A DNA stretch of 64,000 nucleotides from an uncultured beta proteobacterium (GTDB lineage Bacteria > Pseudomonadota > Gammaproteobacteria > Burkholderiales > SG8-39). Shown here in pieces: positions 37,301 through 49,653 of the stretch. Positions within the stretch are counted from its first letter, which is position 1. The number at the start of each line of letters is the position of its first letter. The notes under the pieces are model-generated. The model did not search any database and was not told where the DNA came from. It was given only the letters and a program-made list of their open reading frames with translations. The DNA is taken from positions 92,756-156,755 of the forward strand of contig CAWALA010000001.1 in the NCBI GenBank assembly GCA_963782655.1, in the 5' to 3' direction. The position numbers were made by a program, and so were the translations under genes.

Positions 37301-39824
37301 AGTCCACCCTCGCCTTCGACATCCTGTTCTCCGAGGGCCAGCGCCGGTACCTCGAGTCGCTCAACGCCTACGCGCGCCAGTTCGTGCAGGTCGCCGCGCG
37401 CCCGGACGTCGACGCCATCTACGGCATCCCGCCCACCGTGGCGATCGAGCAGCGCACCAGCCGCGGCGGCAGGAAGAGCACGGTGGGCACGCTCACCGAG
37501 ATCCACCACTTCCTGCGCCTGCTGTTCGTCAAGCTCGGCACGCAGCACTGCCCCGACTGCGACGTGCCGATCGAGCCGCAGAGCGAGGACGCGATCGCCG
37601 CGCGCCTGATGAAGGAGCACCGCGGCGAGACGGTGGTGATGCTGGCGCCGCTGGTCGTCAACCGCAAGGGCGTCTACACCGATCTCGCCAAGTGGGCCGC
37701 GGCCAAGGGCTACTCGCAGCTGCGAGTGGACGGCAAGCTCCTCCCGCTTCGGCCCTTCCCGCGCCTGGACCGCTTCAAGGAGCACAACATCGAGCTGCCG
37801 GTGGGCTACACCAAGGTCGCACCGCGCAACGAGAAGGAGCTGCGCGAGCGCCTCGCGAAGGCGCTCGAGTTCGGCAAGGGCGTGGTCCACGTGCAGACCG
37901 GCAAGAGCATCCAGGTGTACTCGACCAAGCGCGCCTGCCCCTCGTGCGGCCGCAGCTTCCAGGAACTCGACCCGCGCCTGTTCTCCTACAACTCGCGCCA
38001 CGGCTGGTGCGCGAGCCTGCGTCGGCACCGGCCTGCAGCTGAAGGACGTCGGCTGGGACGCGGAGCGCTCGCGCACCGGCCAGGAAGACCACGTGCTCGA
38101 CTCCTGGATCGAGTGGCTGGAAGTGGACGAGGCCTGCCCCGCGTGCAAGGGCGATCGCCTCAATCCGGAAGCGCTCGCCGTGCGCTGGCGCGGCCGCAAC
38201 ATCGCCGCCTACGGCGGCGAGCCGGTGGAACGCCTCGCCGCGCTGTTCGAGGGCGTGCAAGCTGGAGGGCCGCGAACGCGAGATCGCGCGCGACCTGCTC
38301 GCCGAGCTGCGCAGCCGCCTCGGCTTCCTGAAGGAGGTCGGCCTCTCCTACCTCACGCTCGACCGCTCGGCGCCCACGCTCTCGGGCGGCGAAGCGCAGC
38401 GCATCCGGCTCGCCGCGCAACTGGGCTCCAACCTGCGCGGCGTGTGCTACATCCTCGACGAGCCGACCATCGGCCTGCACCATCGCGACAACCGGATCCT
38501 GCTCGACGTGCTGGAGAAGCTCGAGGCCAAGGGCAACACGCTGGTGGTGGTCGAGCACGACGAGGACACCATCCGCCGCGCGCACCACGTCATCGACCTC
38601 GGCCCCGGCGCCGGCAAGCTCGGCGGCCGCGTCATCGCCGAGGGCACCGCCGAGGAACTGATGCAGTCGCCCGACTCCATCACGGGCAGGTTCCTTGCCA
38701 ACCCGCTGCGCCACCCGCTGCAGCCGCGCCGCCCGGTGAAGAGGGACGCCCCGGCGATCGAGCATCGCCGGCGCCTCGATGCACAACCTGAAGAAGGTGG
38801 ACCTGCGCATCCCGCTCGGCCGCCTGGTCGCGATCACCGGCGTCTCCGGCTCCGGCAAATCGACGCTCGCGCGCGACGTCCTGCATGACAGCCTCAAGGC
38901 CGGCGGCCCGATCGGCTGCAAGGCGATCAAGGGACGCAAGCTCATCGAGCGCGTGCTCGAAGTGGACCAGGCGCCGATCGGCAAGACGCCGCGCTCCTGC
39001 CCCGCGACCTACGTCGGCTTCTGGGATTCGATCCGGCGCCTGTTCGCCGACACGAGCGAGGCGCGCATCCGCGGCTGGAGCGCGAGCCGCTTCTCCTTCA
39101 ACACCAAGGGCGGCCGCTGCGAGAGCTGCGAGGGCCAGGGCATGAAGAAGATCGAGATGAGCTTCCTGCCCGACGTGAAGGTGGCCTGCGAGGCCTGCGG
39201 CGGGCAGCGCTTCAATGCCGAGACGCTCTCGGTGCGCCTGCGCGGCAAGACCGTGGGCGAGGTGCTGGCGATGAGCGTGGACGAGGGCGTGGAGTTCTTC
39301 GCCGCGCATGCGTCGATCCACCACGCGCTGCGCCTGCTGCAGGACGTCGGCCTGGGCTACCTGACGCTCGGCCAGCAGAGCCCGACGCTCTCCGGCGGCG
39401 AGGCACAGCGCATCAAACTGGTTACCGAACTCTCGAAAGTGCGCGGCGTTCTGGGCGCCTTGGGGGTGGGGGTGGGGTTGGCGTTCTACAGATCTCCCGT
39501 CTTCCGCTCGCGGAAGAAGGGAGACCGTTTTCCAAAGCAATCGCACCCTGTACGTGCTCGATGAGCCCACCGTCGGCCTGCACATGGCCGACGTCGAGAA
39601 GCTGATCCGCGTCCTGCACCGCCTGGTCGACGCGGGCAATACCGTCGTGCTCATCGAGCACAACCTCGACGTCATCGCGGAAGCGGACTGGCTCATCGAC
39701 CTCGGCCCCGAGGGCGGCGACGGCGGCGGCAAGCTGGTCTACCAGGGACCTCCCGAGAAGGCTGCGCGCGGGCCATACGGCACAGGCGCTTTCCGCCTTT
39801 CTCGCCGAACGCACCGCCGCGTGA
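34309..39824 (+). CDS. tandem-fused double UvrA-like protein (two complete UvrA ATPase modules, about 1838 codons), uvrA paralogue; at least 8 frameshifts in this assembly
   Basis: Module 1 (34309 to about 37130): [25 protein letters not shown], UvrB-binding-like insert, Zn fingers ([17 protein letters not shown]; CSACGGARL; CPACGGNGF...CPDCDGKRY), LSGGE signatures, C-terminus ...[12 protein letters not shown]. Module 2 (about 37190 to 39824) starts [50 protein letters not shown] with no stop or start codon between the modules, and ends ...[16 protein letters not shown]. Confidence 0.6.
36834..36858. repeat. palindromic repeat unit (AAAAAATCGGGGACAGACCCCAGTT) embedded in-frame in UvrA module 1 between the ABC signature and Walker B
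   Basis: Encodes extra residues ...[13 protein letters not shown]... where canonical UvrA has the short RSTGRT loop. Confidence 0.55.
37134..37191. repeat. two inverted copies of the palindromic repeat (AAAAAATAGGGACAGACCCCGATTT ... AAAAAGCGGGTCTGTCCCGTATCTT) forming the linker between the two UvrA modules
   Basis: GGGACAGACCCC and GGGTCTGTCCC are reverse complements. A roughly 58-bp composite hairpin. Confidence 0.55.
39445..39548. repeat. about 105-bp insertion inside UvrA module 2 (between [17 protein letters not shown] and [12 protein letters not shown]) containing a G4-forming tract and a 14-bp-stem hairpin
   Basis: GGGCGCCTTGGGGGTGGGGGTGGGG (four G-runs) then AGATCTCCCGTCTTCCGC-tcg-CGGAAGAAGGGAGACC. 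Replaces the 6-aa canonical loop with about 36 aa. Confidence 0.5.
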
Positions 39825-39851
39825 GCGCTGCTTCCCCCGCCGCGGCGCCCG

Positions 39852-40720
39852 GTGGCGCTCGCCCTGATGGTCGTCGCGCCCGTGCTGTGGAGCATGGCGG
39901 GCGTGTTGACGCGGCAGATCCAGAGCGCGGGTGCCTTCGAGATGGCGTTCTGGCGCTCGAGCTTCGCCGCCGTCTTCGTCTTCTGCGCGCTGCTCTGGCT
40001 GCAAGGCCGCCGCCCGTGGCAAACGCTGCGCGCCGCGGGCGTGCCCGGACTCGTCTCCGGCGCGATGTGGGCGGTGATGTTCACCGCTGTTCATCGTCGC
40101 GCTCACGCTGACCACCACCGCCAACGTGCTGGTGATGTCCAGCCTGGGGCCGCTGTTCACCGCGCTCCTCGCCGCCTTCTTCCTGCGCGAGCCGATACCG
40201 GCGCGCAGCCTGGCTCGCCATCGTCGCGGCCAGCGTCGGCATGGCGGCGATGTTCGGCGCCGGATTCGAGGCGGGCGAGCCGCGCGCACCTCGCCGGCAT
40301 GGCGCTCGCGCTCACCATTCCCATCGCCGGCGCTGTCAACCTCGTCGTGCTGCGCAAGAGCGCGGCGCACCTCGACCTGATGCCCGCGGTGATGCTCGGC
40401 GCGTTGATCTCCGCTGCGGTGACGCTGCCGTTGGCGCTGCCGTTCCAGGCGAGCGCGCGCGACCTGCTGGTGCTCGCGACGCTCGGCGTGTTCCAGCTCG
40501 GCGTGCCCTGCATGCTGCTGGTGCTCGTCAGCCGCACGCTTCACCGCGCCCGAGATCGCGCTGCTCGCGCTGCTGGAGGTGGTGCTCGGTCCGCTGTGGG
40601 CCTGGCTCGGCGCGGGCGAAGCGCCCGGCACCGCGACGCTCGCCGGCGGCGCCATCGTGCTCGCTGCGCTCGCGGGCAACGAGCTTGCCGCGCTCGCCTC
40701 GCGCCGCCGCGCGGCGTAAT
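39852..40720 (+). CDS. DMT-superfamily (EamA-like) transporter; about 3 frameshifts
   Basis: [23 protein letters not shown]... and later EamA-like segments in ORFs 40126-40380 and 39852-40754, ending ...[10 protein letters not shown]. Confidence 0.5.
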
Positions 40721-40810
40721 CGACGTCGTCGCCAAGCGTCACCCGCCTGTGTGATCCAGCGCACGCTGGCGCGCGGAACTTGCGGCGCGCCGTGCTAGTC
40801 TGAAATAGCC

Positions 40811-41398
40811 ATGAGAGTCCTTTCCCTGCTATTCGCCTTGCTCCTGCCGGTTGCCGCCACGGCGGCGCAGGAACTCGCGCCAGACGCGCTGGTGCGCCAG
40901 GTTACGGCCGATGTGCTCGAATCGATCCAGAACGATGCGGCGCTGCAGGCCGGCGACCGCAAGAAGGCGATCGCGCTCGCCGAGCAGAAGGTGCTGCCGC
41001 ACATCGATTTCACCGAGGCGACACGGCTGGCACTGGGAAGCTGGTGGAAAACCGCGACGCCGGCGCAGCGCGAGAGACTGTCCACGGAGTTCCGCGGCCT
41101 GCTGGTGCGCACCTACGCCAATGCCATCGGCGGGTACAAAGGCCAGACCATGCGCGTGCTGCCGCTGAAACTCGATGCGGGTGCCGACGACGTCATCGTG
41201 CGCAACCAATTCCTGCGCCCCGGCGCACCGCCGCTGCGCGTCGACTACGCGATGTACAAGACGCCCCAGGGCTGGAAGATCTACGACATCGTCGCCGAAG
41301 GCGTGAGCCTGGTGCTCGCCTATCGCACCGAGTTCGACCAGGTGGTGCGCCAATCGGGAATCGACTCGCTCATCCAGCGCATCGCGGAAAAGCAATAG
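40811..41398 (+). CDS. MlaC/Ttg2D-family periplasmic lipid-binding protein
   Basis: Intact 195 aa with signal peptide. ...KVLPHIDFTEATRLALGSWW...YKTPQGWKIYDIVAEGVSLV... (toluene-tolerance Ttg2D signature). Confidence 0.75.
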   Translation: MRVLSLLFALLLPVAATAAQELAPDALVRQVTADVLESIQNDAALQAGDRKKAIALAEQKVLPHIDFTEATRLALGSWWKTATPAQRERLSTEFRGLLVRTYANAIGGYKGQTMRVLPLKLDAGADDVIVRNQFLRPGAPPLRVDYAMYKTPQGWKIYDIVAEGVSLVLAYRTEFDQVVRQSGIDSLIQRIAEKQ

Positions 41399-41460
41399 CG
41401 TCCCGCAGCGCTCTCGTGTATACTGCGCTCCGCAGTACACGTCTCGCGTCATCCGGTTAG

Positions 41461-42780
<1,320 letters not shown>

Positions 42781-42784
42781 GCGC

Positions 42785-42807
42785 GAATCGGGGTCTGACC
42801 CCGATTT
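42785..42807. repeat. palindromic repeat variant (GAATCGGGGTCTGACCCCGATTT) immediately after the helicase stop; terminator-like hairpin
   Basis: 8-bp perfect arms AATCGGGG/CCCCGATT around TCTGA. Confidence 0.55.
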
Positions 42808-42870
42808 GCTACGTCGTCACCCGCGCGCGCACCGGGACCCCGCGGTTGCGGGTGACTGGGCTGTCCGGCG

Positions 42871-43470
42871 CTAGTGGAACTTCGCCGGAGTGGAGAACGG
42901 CTTGCTCGCGTCCACGACGAACATGACCAGCGCATTGAGGTCGGTCGTGCCGCTGCTGAAAACTTCCATCGGCGTGTCGGCCCCGCGCCCGTTCATGGTT
43001 TTGCCGGGCTCGACATGACTCACGCCTCCCGGGGTCTTCTGGCCAAGGCGTCCGGTGAGCACGTAGAAGGCCTCTGAGCCCGGATGCGTGTGCACCGGGG
43101 TCTTCGCGCCGGGCGCTCCGCCCGTATGGTTGACGCGCAGCAGATACTCGGACGCCGCGATCGCGGGAACCGGCCCGATCTCGGCGATCGTGGTGCCTCC
43201 GGCCGTCGAGCCCCCCTTTGCACCGAGCGTGAAGAGCCAGGCTTTCCCGGCAACCTCGGCCGCGAGTGACGTCGGGCCAGTGGCAGCCTGCGCCTCGGCA
43301 AGGGTGGGGTAAGTCTCGACCAGCCAGTACAGCTCTCCAGCCGGCAGCTGCTTCAGCTTCTTCTGCGCCACCGGCTTGATGAAGAATTGGGGCTGTGCGA
43401 GGGCGGCCGGCTGCCACGCGAGGGCCGCAGCCAGCAAGGCCGCGGCCATCCAGATCGGAACCTGCTTCAT
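42871..43470 (-). CDS. secreted cupin-domain protein
   Basis: ATG at 43470 preceded by a GGAGA Shine-Dalgarno sequence. Signal peptide MKQVPIWMAAALLAAALA. ...HTHPGSEAFYVLTG (cupin motif 1). Confidence 0.6.
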   Translation of the reverse strand: MKQVPIWMAAALLAAALAWQPAALAQPQFFIKPVAQKKLKQLPAGELYWLVETYPTLAEAQAATGPTSLAAEVAGKAWLFTLGAKGGSTAGGTTIAEIGPVPAIAASEYLLRVNHTGGAPGAKTPVHTHPGSEAFYVLTGRLGQKTPGGVSHVEPGKTMNGRGADTPMEVFSSGTTDLNALVMFVVDASKPFSTPAKFH

Positions 43471-43612
43471 TGCGGTATCTCCTTTAATGGGAGGGGGTGG
43501 AAATCCGCGGCATAGACGGCGCTTTTTCCTTGCGCACCTGGCTCGAGAGCTACCCGATGAGCAGCCCGCAGTACCTCGAAAGGTTGCAGAGTCTGCTCGC
43601 GAGGGCGGGGCT

Positions 43613-44962
43613 TTAGGGCCACTCGGGTCGATGATGGCCCAGCGGAACGGGCGGTCGAGACCAGCGCGGCGGGGTCTCCGACATCTGCAGCACCGCGCCG
43701 AGGTGCGTGATCCGGCCCGCGGGTGACTCAACCTCCGCGGTAAGACCCTCCGGAATCTCGGCAAGCGGCGCGGCGGCATCCACAGTGCCGCGATCCACGA
43801 TCCATTTCCCGGTGCGCGCGAGCGCCACGCGCACCAGCCAGCTGCCGCCTTCGCGCGCGCGTCGCGCCAGCGCGGCCATGGCGCCGTATGCCATGAGGTA
43901 CCCGCTCACGTAGTCGATCGCGGAGCACGGCAGGAGCTTCGGCGCGCCGGCGTCGCCCTGCGCCAGCGCCATGCCGCTCACCGTCTGCACGATGCTGTCG
44001 AAGCCGCGGCGATTCTTCCAGGGTCCAGTTTGTCCCCAGGCATTCAAGGACACGTAAACGATGCCCGGGCGCAGCTTCACGGCTTGCTCGGGCGAGAAAC
44101 CGCGTCCCGCGAGTGCGCCGGGACGATAAGACTGGGAAAAGACGTCGGCGCTGCTCAACAATCCGCGCAGCGTCTCCACGCCTTGCGCCGACCGGAGGTC
44201 CAGGTGCGCGGCGAGCTTGCCCAGTCCCGTATCGATCTCGATGGCTCCGGAGTCCGGCAGGTGCGCCGCGGTGATCTTGAGCACATCCGCGCCGTGCTCG
44301 GCCAGCGTCTTGGCGCAGGTCGGGCCGGCCAGCACGCGCGTGAGGTCGAGCACGCGCACGCCAGCAAGCGGCCGGTCGCCCTTGGGCAGGGCCTGTGGCG
44401 GCGCATCGCCGATTCTCTCGATCTCGAGCAGCGGCTGGGTCGCCACCGCCGCGGCATGCGGATGCGCCACCCATTCGGCGGCAGACCGCGCGAGGCCCGC
44501 GCAACCGCCGGCAGCGTGGATCGCTTCCTCGAGCGCCTGACCATCCCACGCCTTGCTCGCCTCGTTCGCCTTGGCGCGGTCCTCGCCAGTGCCCAGGACC
44601 TGCAGCGCCGCCGCGCGGTGGTTGGGGAAATTGCAGTGGATACTGACCCAGCGCCCGTCGCGCACCGGGTAGAACCCGCTCATCGGGTCCCAGGGCGCGG
44701 GCGGCGCCTTGCCGTCGATCCTGAGGTAATAGCCGCTGCGCAGCGCAGCGGCCGCTGCGCGCAGGTCCACGGCGACGCGCTGGCGCCTGCCCGTGCGCAG
44801 TGCCCAGAGTTCCGCAGCGGCCAGTCCGACCGCGGCTAGCGCCGCCGCGCCTGCAGTGCCGACACGATAAGGCGTGCGCAGCACCGGCTCGGCGCCCGTG
44901 AACTGCGCGTCGCCCCCCAGTTGCCCGAGCGCGAGCAGTTCGCGCAATGCGGCCTGCGGCAT
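43613..44962 (-). CDS. CoA transferase, family III (CaiB/BaiF)
   Basis: Intact 449 aa. ...GVRVLDLTRVLAGPTCAKTLAEHGADVLKI... Confidence 0.8.
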   Translation of the reverse strand: MPQAALRELLALGQLGGDAQFTGAEPVLRTPYRVGTAGAAALAAVGLAAAELWALRTGRRQRVAVDLRAAAAALRSGYYLRIDGKAPPAPWDPMSGFYPVRDGRWVSIHCNFPNHRAAALQVLGTGEDRAKANEASKAWDGQALEEAIHAAGGCAGLARSAAEWVAHPHAAAVATQPLLEIERIGDAPPQALPKGDRPLAGVRVLDLTRVLAGPTCAKTLAEHGADVLKITAAHLPDSGAIEIDTGLGKLAAHLDLRSAQGVETLRGLLSSADVFSQSYRPGALAGRGFSPEQAVKLRPGIVYVSLNAWGQTGPWKNRRGFDSIVQTVSGMALAQGDAGAPKLLPCSAIDYVSGYLMAYGAMAALARRAREGGSWLVRVALARTGKWIVDRGTVDAAAPLAEIPEGLTAEVESPAGRITHLGAVLQMSETPPRWSRPPVPLGHHRPEWP

Positions 44963-45001
44963 GGCTTACGTTAGCACGCGGTCGGCTAAACTTGCACGAC
45001 C

Positions 45002-47508
45002 ATGCGCGAGCCCACACCCAGGACGATCCACCTCAAGGACTACACCCCGCCCGCGTTTCTCGTCACGCACGTCGAGCTCGACGTGGACATCCGCCAGGAC
45101 GACGCCCTGGTGCGCGCCAAGCTGCAGGTGAAGCGCAATGCCGGTCCGGGTCCGCTGGTGCTGGAGGGCGACGAGCTGGAGCTGGTCTCCGTGTTCGTCA
45201 ACGGCCAGCCCGCGGCGCACAGCGTCGCGCCCGACCGGCTCACCGTTCCCGAAGTGCCCGACGCCTTCATGCTCGAGACCGTGACGCGCATCGTGCCGCA
45301 GAAGAACACCAAGCTCGAGGGCCTCTACGCGACGCAGCACGGCTTCGTCACGCAGTGCGAGGCCGAAGGCTTTCGCCGCATCACCTGGTTCGTGGACCGC
45401 CCGGACAACATGGCGCGCTACGTGGTCACCGTGCACGCCGACAAGGCGAAATTTCCCGGTGCTGCTCTCCAACGGCAACCTGGTCGCCGCGGGCGCCGAG
45501 GCCGGCGGCCGTCACTGGGCGAGGTTCGACGATCCGTTTCCCAAGCCCTCCTACCTCTTCGCGCTGGTCGCGGCGAACCTGGAACTGCTCGAGGATTCCT
45601 TCACCACCCGCTCCGGCAAGAAGGCGAAGCTCGGCGTCTACGTCGAGCCGGGCAAGCTCGACCAGGCCGGCTGGGCGATGGATTGCCTCAAGCGCGCGAT
45701 GCAGTGGGACGAGGAGCGCTTCGGCCTGGAGCTCGACCTCGACCAGTACAAGATCGTCGCGGTCGGCGACTTCAATTCCGGCGCGATGGAGAACAAGGGC
45801 CTCAACATCTTCAACACCAAGTACGTCCTCGCGCGCCCCGACACCGCCACCGACGCCGACTACCAGGCCATCGACTCGGTGGTGGCGCACGAGTACTTCC
45901 ACAACTGGACCGGCGACCGCGTCACCTGCCGCGACTGGTTCCAGCTCTCGCTGAAGGAGGGCCTCACGGTGTTCCGCGACCAGGAGTACAGCGCGGACCT
46001 GTACTCGCGCGCGGTCGAGCGCATCCAGAACGTGCGCATGCTGCGCGCCGGGCAGTTCCCCGAGGACGCCGGGCCGATGGCGCACCCGGTGCGGCCGCAG
46101 TCCTACATGGAGATCCGCAACTTCTACACCATGACGGTGTACGAGAAGGGCGCGGAGGTGGTGCGCATGCAGCACACGCTGCTCGGCGAGGAGAAGTTCC
46201 AGGCCGGCATGCGCCTGTACTTCGAGCGCCACGACGGCCAGGCGGTGACCTGCGACGATTTCGTGCAGGCGATGCAGGACGCGAGCGGCGTGGACCTGGG
46301 CCAGTTCCGGCGCTGGTACGACGTCGCCGGCACGCCGGTGCTCGACTGCTCGGGCGAGCACCGCGACGGCACGTTCACGCTGCGCGTGAAGCAGTCCATG
46401 AATCCGCCGTTCCACATCCCGCTGGCGGTGAAGATCGGGGCGCAAGAGCAAGTGCTGTCGCTCAGGCAGGCAGCAGGAGACCTTCTGCGTTCAAGGTGGC
46501 AGCAGAAGCCCGTGCCGTCCCTGCTGCGCGGCTTCTCGGCGCCGGTGATCCTCAACTACCCGTACACCGAAGGCGATCTGCTGCACCTGCTGGCGCACGA
46601 CGACGACGCCGTTCAACCGCTGGGAGGCGGCGCAGCGGCTCGCCGCCGAGGTCATCCTCGGCAGGCGCGGCGCGCCCTCGCCCGCGTTCCTCGGGCGGCG
46701 CAGCGCGTGCTCGACGACCCGGATCCCGCCTTCGCCGCCGAGGCGCTCGACGCTGCCCTCGGAAACCTTCCTCGCCGAGCAGCTCGAGGTGGTGGATCCC
46801 GATGCGCTGCACGCGTCGCGCAATGCGCTGCGAAGGCGATCGCGCCGGCGCTCAAGGACGCGTTGCGCGCGAAGTACCTGGACCTCAGGATCGACGGGGC
46901 CGTATTCCCCCGATGCCGGTGCAGGTCGGGCGGCGCACGCTGCGCAACCTGTGCCTGGGCTACCTCGCCGAGCTCGGCATGACGCGCGCTCGCCTACGAG
47001 CAGTTCAGGGCTGCGGACAACATGACCGACGCGATGGCGGCGCTCTCCGCGCTCGCCAACGCGCGACTGCCCGGAGCGCCAGCCGGCGCTGGAGGCGTTC
47101 TACGCGAAGTGGCAGGACGAGCCGCTGGTGGTGGACAAGTGGCTCGCGGTGCAGGCCGGCTCGCGGCTGCCCGGCACGCTGGCGCGCGTGCGCGAGCTGC
47201 TCGCGCATCCCGCCTTCGACCTCAAGGTGCCGAACAAGGTGTACGCGCTCATCCGCAGCCTTCAGCGCCAACCACGTGCGCTTCCATGCCGCCGACGGCG
47301 GAGGCTATGCGTTCCTCGCCGACCGCGTGATCGAGCTGAACGGGCTCAACCCGCAGGTGGCGGCGCGCATGGCGCGCGGCTTCGACCGCTGGAAGAGGTT
47401 CGACGCCAGCCGCCAGGCGAAGGCGCGCGCGGCGCTCGAGCGCATCCGCGACGCCCAGGACCTTTCGCGCGACGTGGCCGAGATCGTCGGCAAATCCCTG
47501 GGCTGAAC
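45002..47508 (+). CDS. pepN: aminopeptidase N (M1 family); at least 4 frameshifts
   Basis: ...[12 protein letters not shown]...[36 protein letters not shown] (GAMEN plus HEXXH-18-E). Confidence 0.85.
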
Positions 47509-47515
47509 GCCTCGC

Positions 47516-48743
47516 ATGGACACGAGCGTGGTGGCGGTGTTCGCGGTCGTGTACCTGGGGATGATCCTCGGCGGGCTGCCGTTCCTGCAGCTCGACCGCA
47601 CCGGCGTGGCGCTGCTCGGTGCCATCGCCATCGTGGCCCTGGGCGCGCTAACGCCAGAGGAGGCGGCGCTGTCGATCCACCTGCCGACGCTGCTGCTGCT
47701 GTTCTCGTTCATGGTGATCTCGGCGCAAATGCGCCTGGGCGGCTTCTACACGCGCGTCACGCTGCAGGTCGCCGAGCTGCGGCTCTCGCCGCCGGCGCTG
47801 CTCGCTGCGATGATCGCGGTGGTGGGCACGCTGTCCGCCATGTTCAGCAATGACGTCATCTGCCTCGCCATCGCGCCGGTGCTGGCCGACGCCTGCCTCG
47901 CGCGGCGCCTGGATCCCGTGCCCTACCTGCTCGGGCTCGCCTGCGCGGCGAACGTCGGATCGGCCGCCACGCTGATCGGCAACCCGCAGAACATGCTCAT
48001 CGGACAGGTGCTCGAGTTGTCGTTCCCCGGCTACTTCCTGCGAGGCCGTCGTGCCCGTGCTGCTCGGTCTCGCCGCCACCTGGGGCGTGATCGCCTGGCA
48101 GACGCGCGGCCGCTGGCGCACCGTTCTGGACGACCCGCCGCCCGAGCGGCGCCAGGACACTCGCCGTCTACGACCGCTGGCAGTCCGCGAAGGGCCTCGC
48201 GGTGGCCGGCGCGCTGCTCGCCGTGTTCCTGTTCACCGACCTGCCGCGGGAAGTCGCGGCGCTCACCGGCGCGGGGTTGCTGCTGATGAGCCGCAAGCTG
48301 CACTCGAACAAGATGCTGGGCCTGGTGGACTGGGAGCTCCTGATCCTGTTCATCGGCCTGTTCGTTGTGAACCACGCACTCGCGCAGACCGGCCTCGCCG
48401 AGTCGGCGGTGACAAGCGCTGGCCGATGCGGGCATGCCGCTGTCACAGCCGGGGCCGTTGTTCGTCGCGACGCTCGCTGCTGTCCAACGTGGTCTCCAAC
48501 GTTCCCGCAGTGATGCTGCTGCTGCCCGCGGCCACGGAGACGTTCTCCGGGCCGATGCTCGCGCTGGTCAGCACGCTGGCGGGCAACCTGTTCATCGTCG
48601 GCTCGATCGCCAACATCATCGTGGTGGACGCAGCGCGGCGCCGCGGCATCGCGATAGACTGGCGCAGCCACGCGCGCGCCGGCGTGCCGGTTACGCTGAT
48701 CACGCTGGCGATCACCGCGGCGTGGTTCGCATTGCGACACTGA
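47516..48743 (+). CDS. anion permease of the ArsB/NhaD (IT) superfamily; at least 4 frameshifts
   Basis: Multiple TM segments with duplicated halves, ...GNPQNMLIG... and ...GSIANIIV... motifs typical of ArsB/NhaD-type permeases. Confidence 0.55.
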
Positions 48744-48847
48744 GCGCGCCGGCACAGGTGTCGGGGCGCCGCGACGTCCCGGGCTTACCGCAAGACGCTG
48801 CGCAAATCGTCACAAAGTCGCTCCAGTGAGCCGGGCTACTGCGCAAT

Positions 48848-49609
48848 TTGCCCTTGAGCCCGGCGTACAAGCTGGCATTGTGGGCGCTCTTGAACTCTCC
48901 TGACATCACCTCGCGGCTGGCCACCACCGGCCAGCTCCTCGTTCGCTCGGGGATCGAAATCGGCCGACTCCTGGGCTCGATGCGCGAGGACGGCGATGCC
49001 GTGACCGGAAATCTCCCGTCGCAGATGCTGTTCCTCTCGAAGCTGCTCTACGTAGAGCCGGTGAGCGGATACATGCTGCTCGCACTACTCCGATCACAAG
49101 GCGGCCAACACGGCGGCGCTGGCGGTGCGCTCGCTCACGCTGCGCTGCAACCATCGCGGCGCGCAGTTCGCTTTCGCCGGCGACAAGCCGCGGCAAACGG
49201 CCTACGCAGGCCAACCCTGCATCCAATGCGGGTTGCCTACGGCGATACTGGGGATGCAGCAGCGCCGCGGCCTCGCCCGCGTCCAGGTGCCGGCGCAGGC
49301 GCCGGTGCGCTGCGACCTGCGCATGGGCCTGCAGGCCTTCGCGTCCAGGGTGGTCGACGTCAGCCTCGATGGCATCGGCGCGCTGATCATCCGACCCTAC
49401 GATCCCCCTGTGCGCCGGCACGCTGCTGGAGCACGCGCGCATCTGGCATCCTCAGGTCGAGCCCTTCCATGTCGACCTCGAAGTGCGCCACGTCACCCGC
49501 GCCACCCTGGCCAACGGCCAGCGGGTCAGCCGCATCGGCTGCAAGGTGGTCGGCTCGCGCGAGGTCCTGGAAGAACTCATTCGCCTGTTCATCATCGATC
49601 TGGCCTGAC
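48848..49609 (+). CDS. PilZ-domain protein with YcgR-like N-terminal domain (putative c-di-GMP effector); 2 frameshifts
   Basis: N-terminus ...ITSRLATTGQLLVRSGIEIGRLLG.... PilZ motifs ...RRGLARVQVPA... and D.S..G. (VVDVSLDGIGALI). Confidence 0.5.
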
Positions 49610-49653
49610 CGGGCTGCAGCAGCGGTCGTTGTCGAATAGACTTCCGGGTTCCA

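Noticed and set aside
39445-39548. Possible intein or CRISPR-like repeat in UvrA module 2
   Set aside because: It is far too short for an intein and has no splicing motifs. It is a single copy with no regular spacer/repeat periodicity, so it is not a CRISPR array. Reported instead as a structured insertion.
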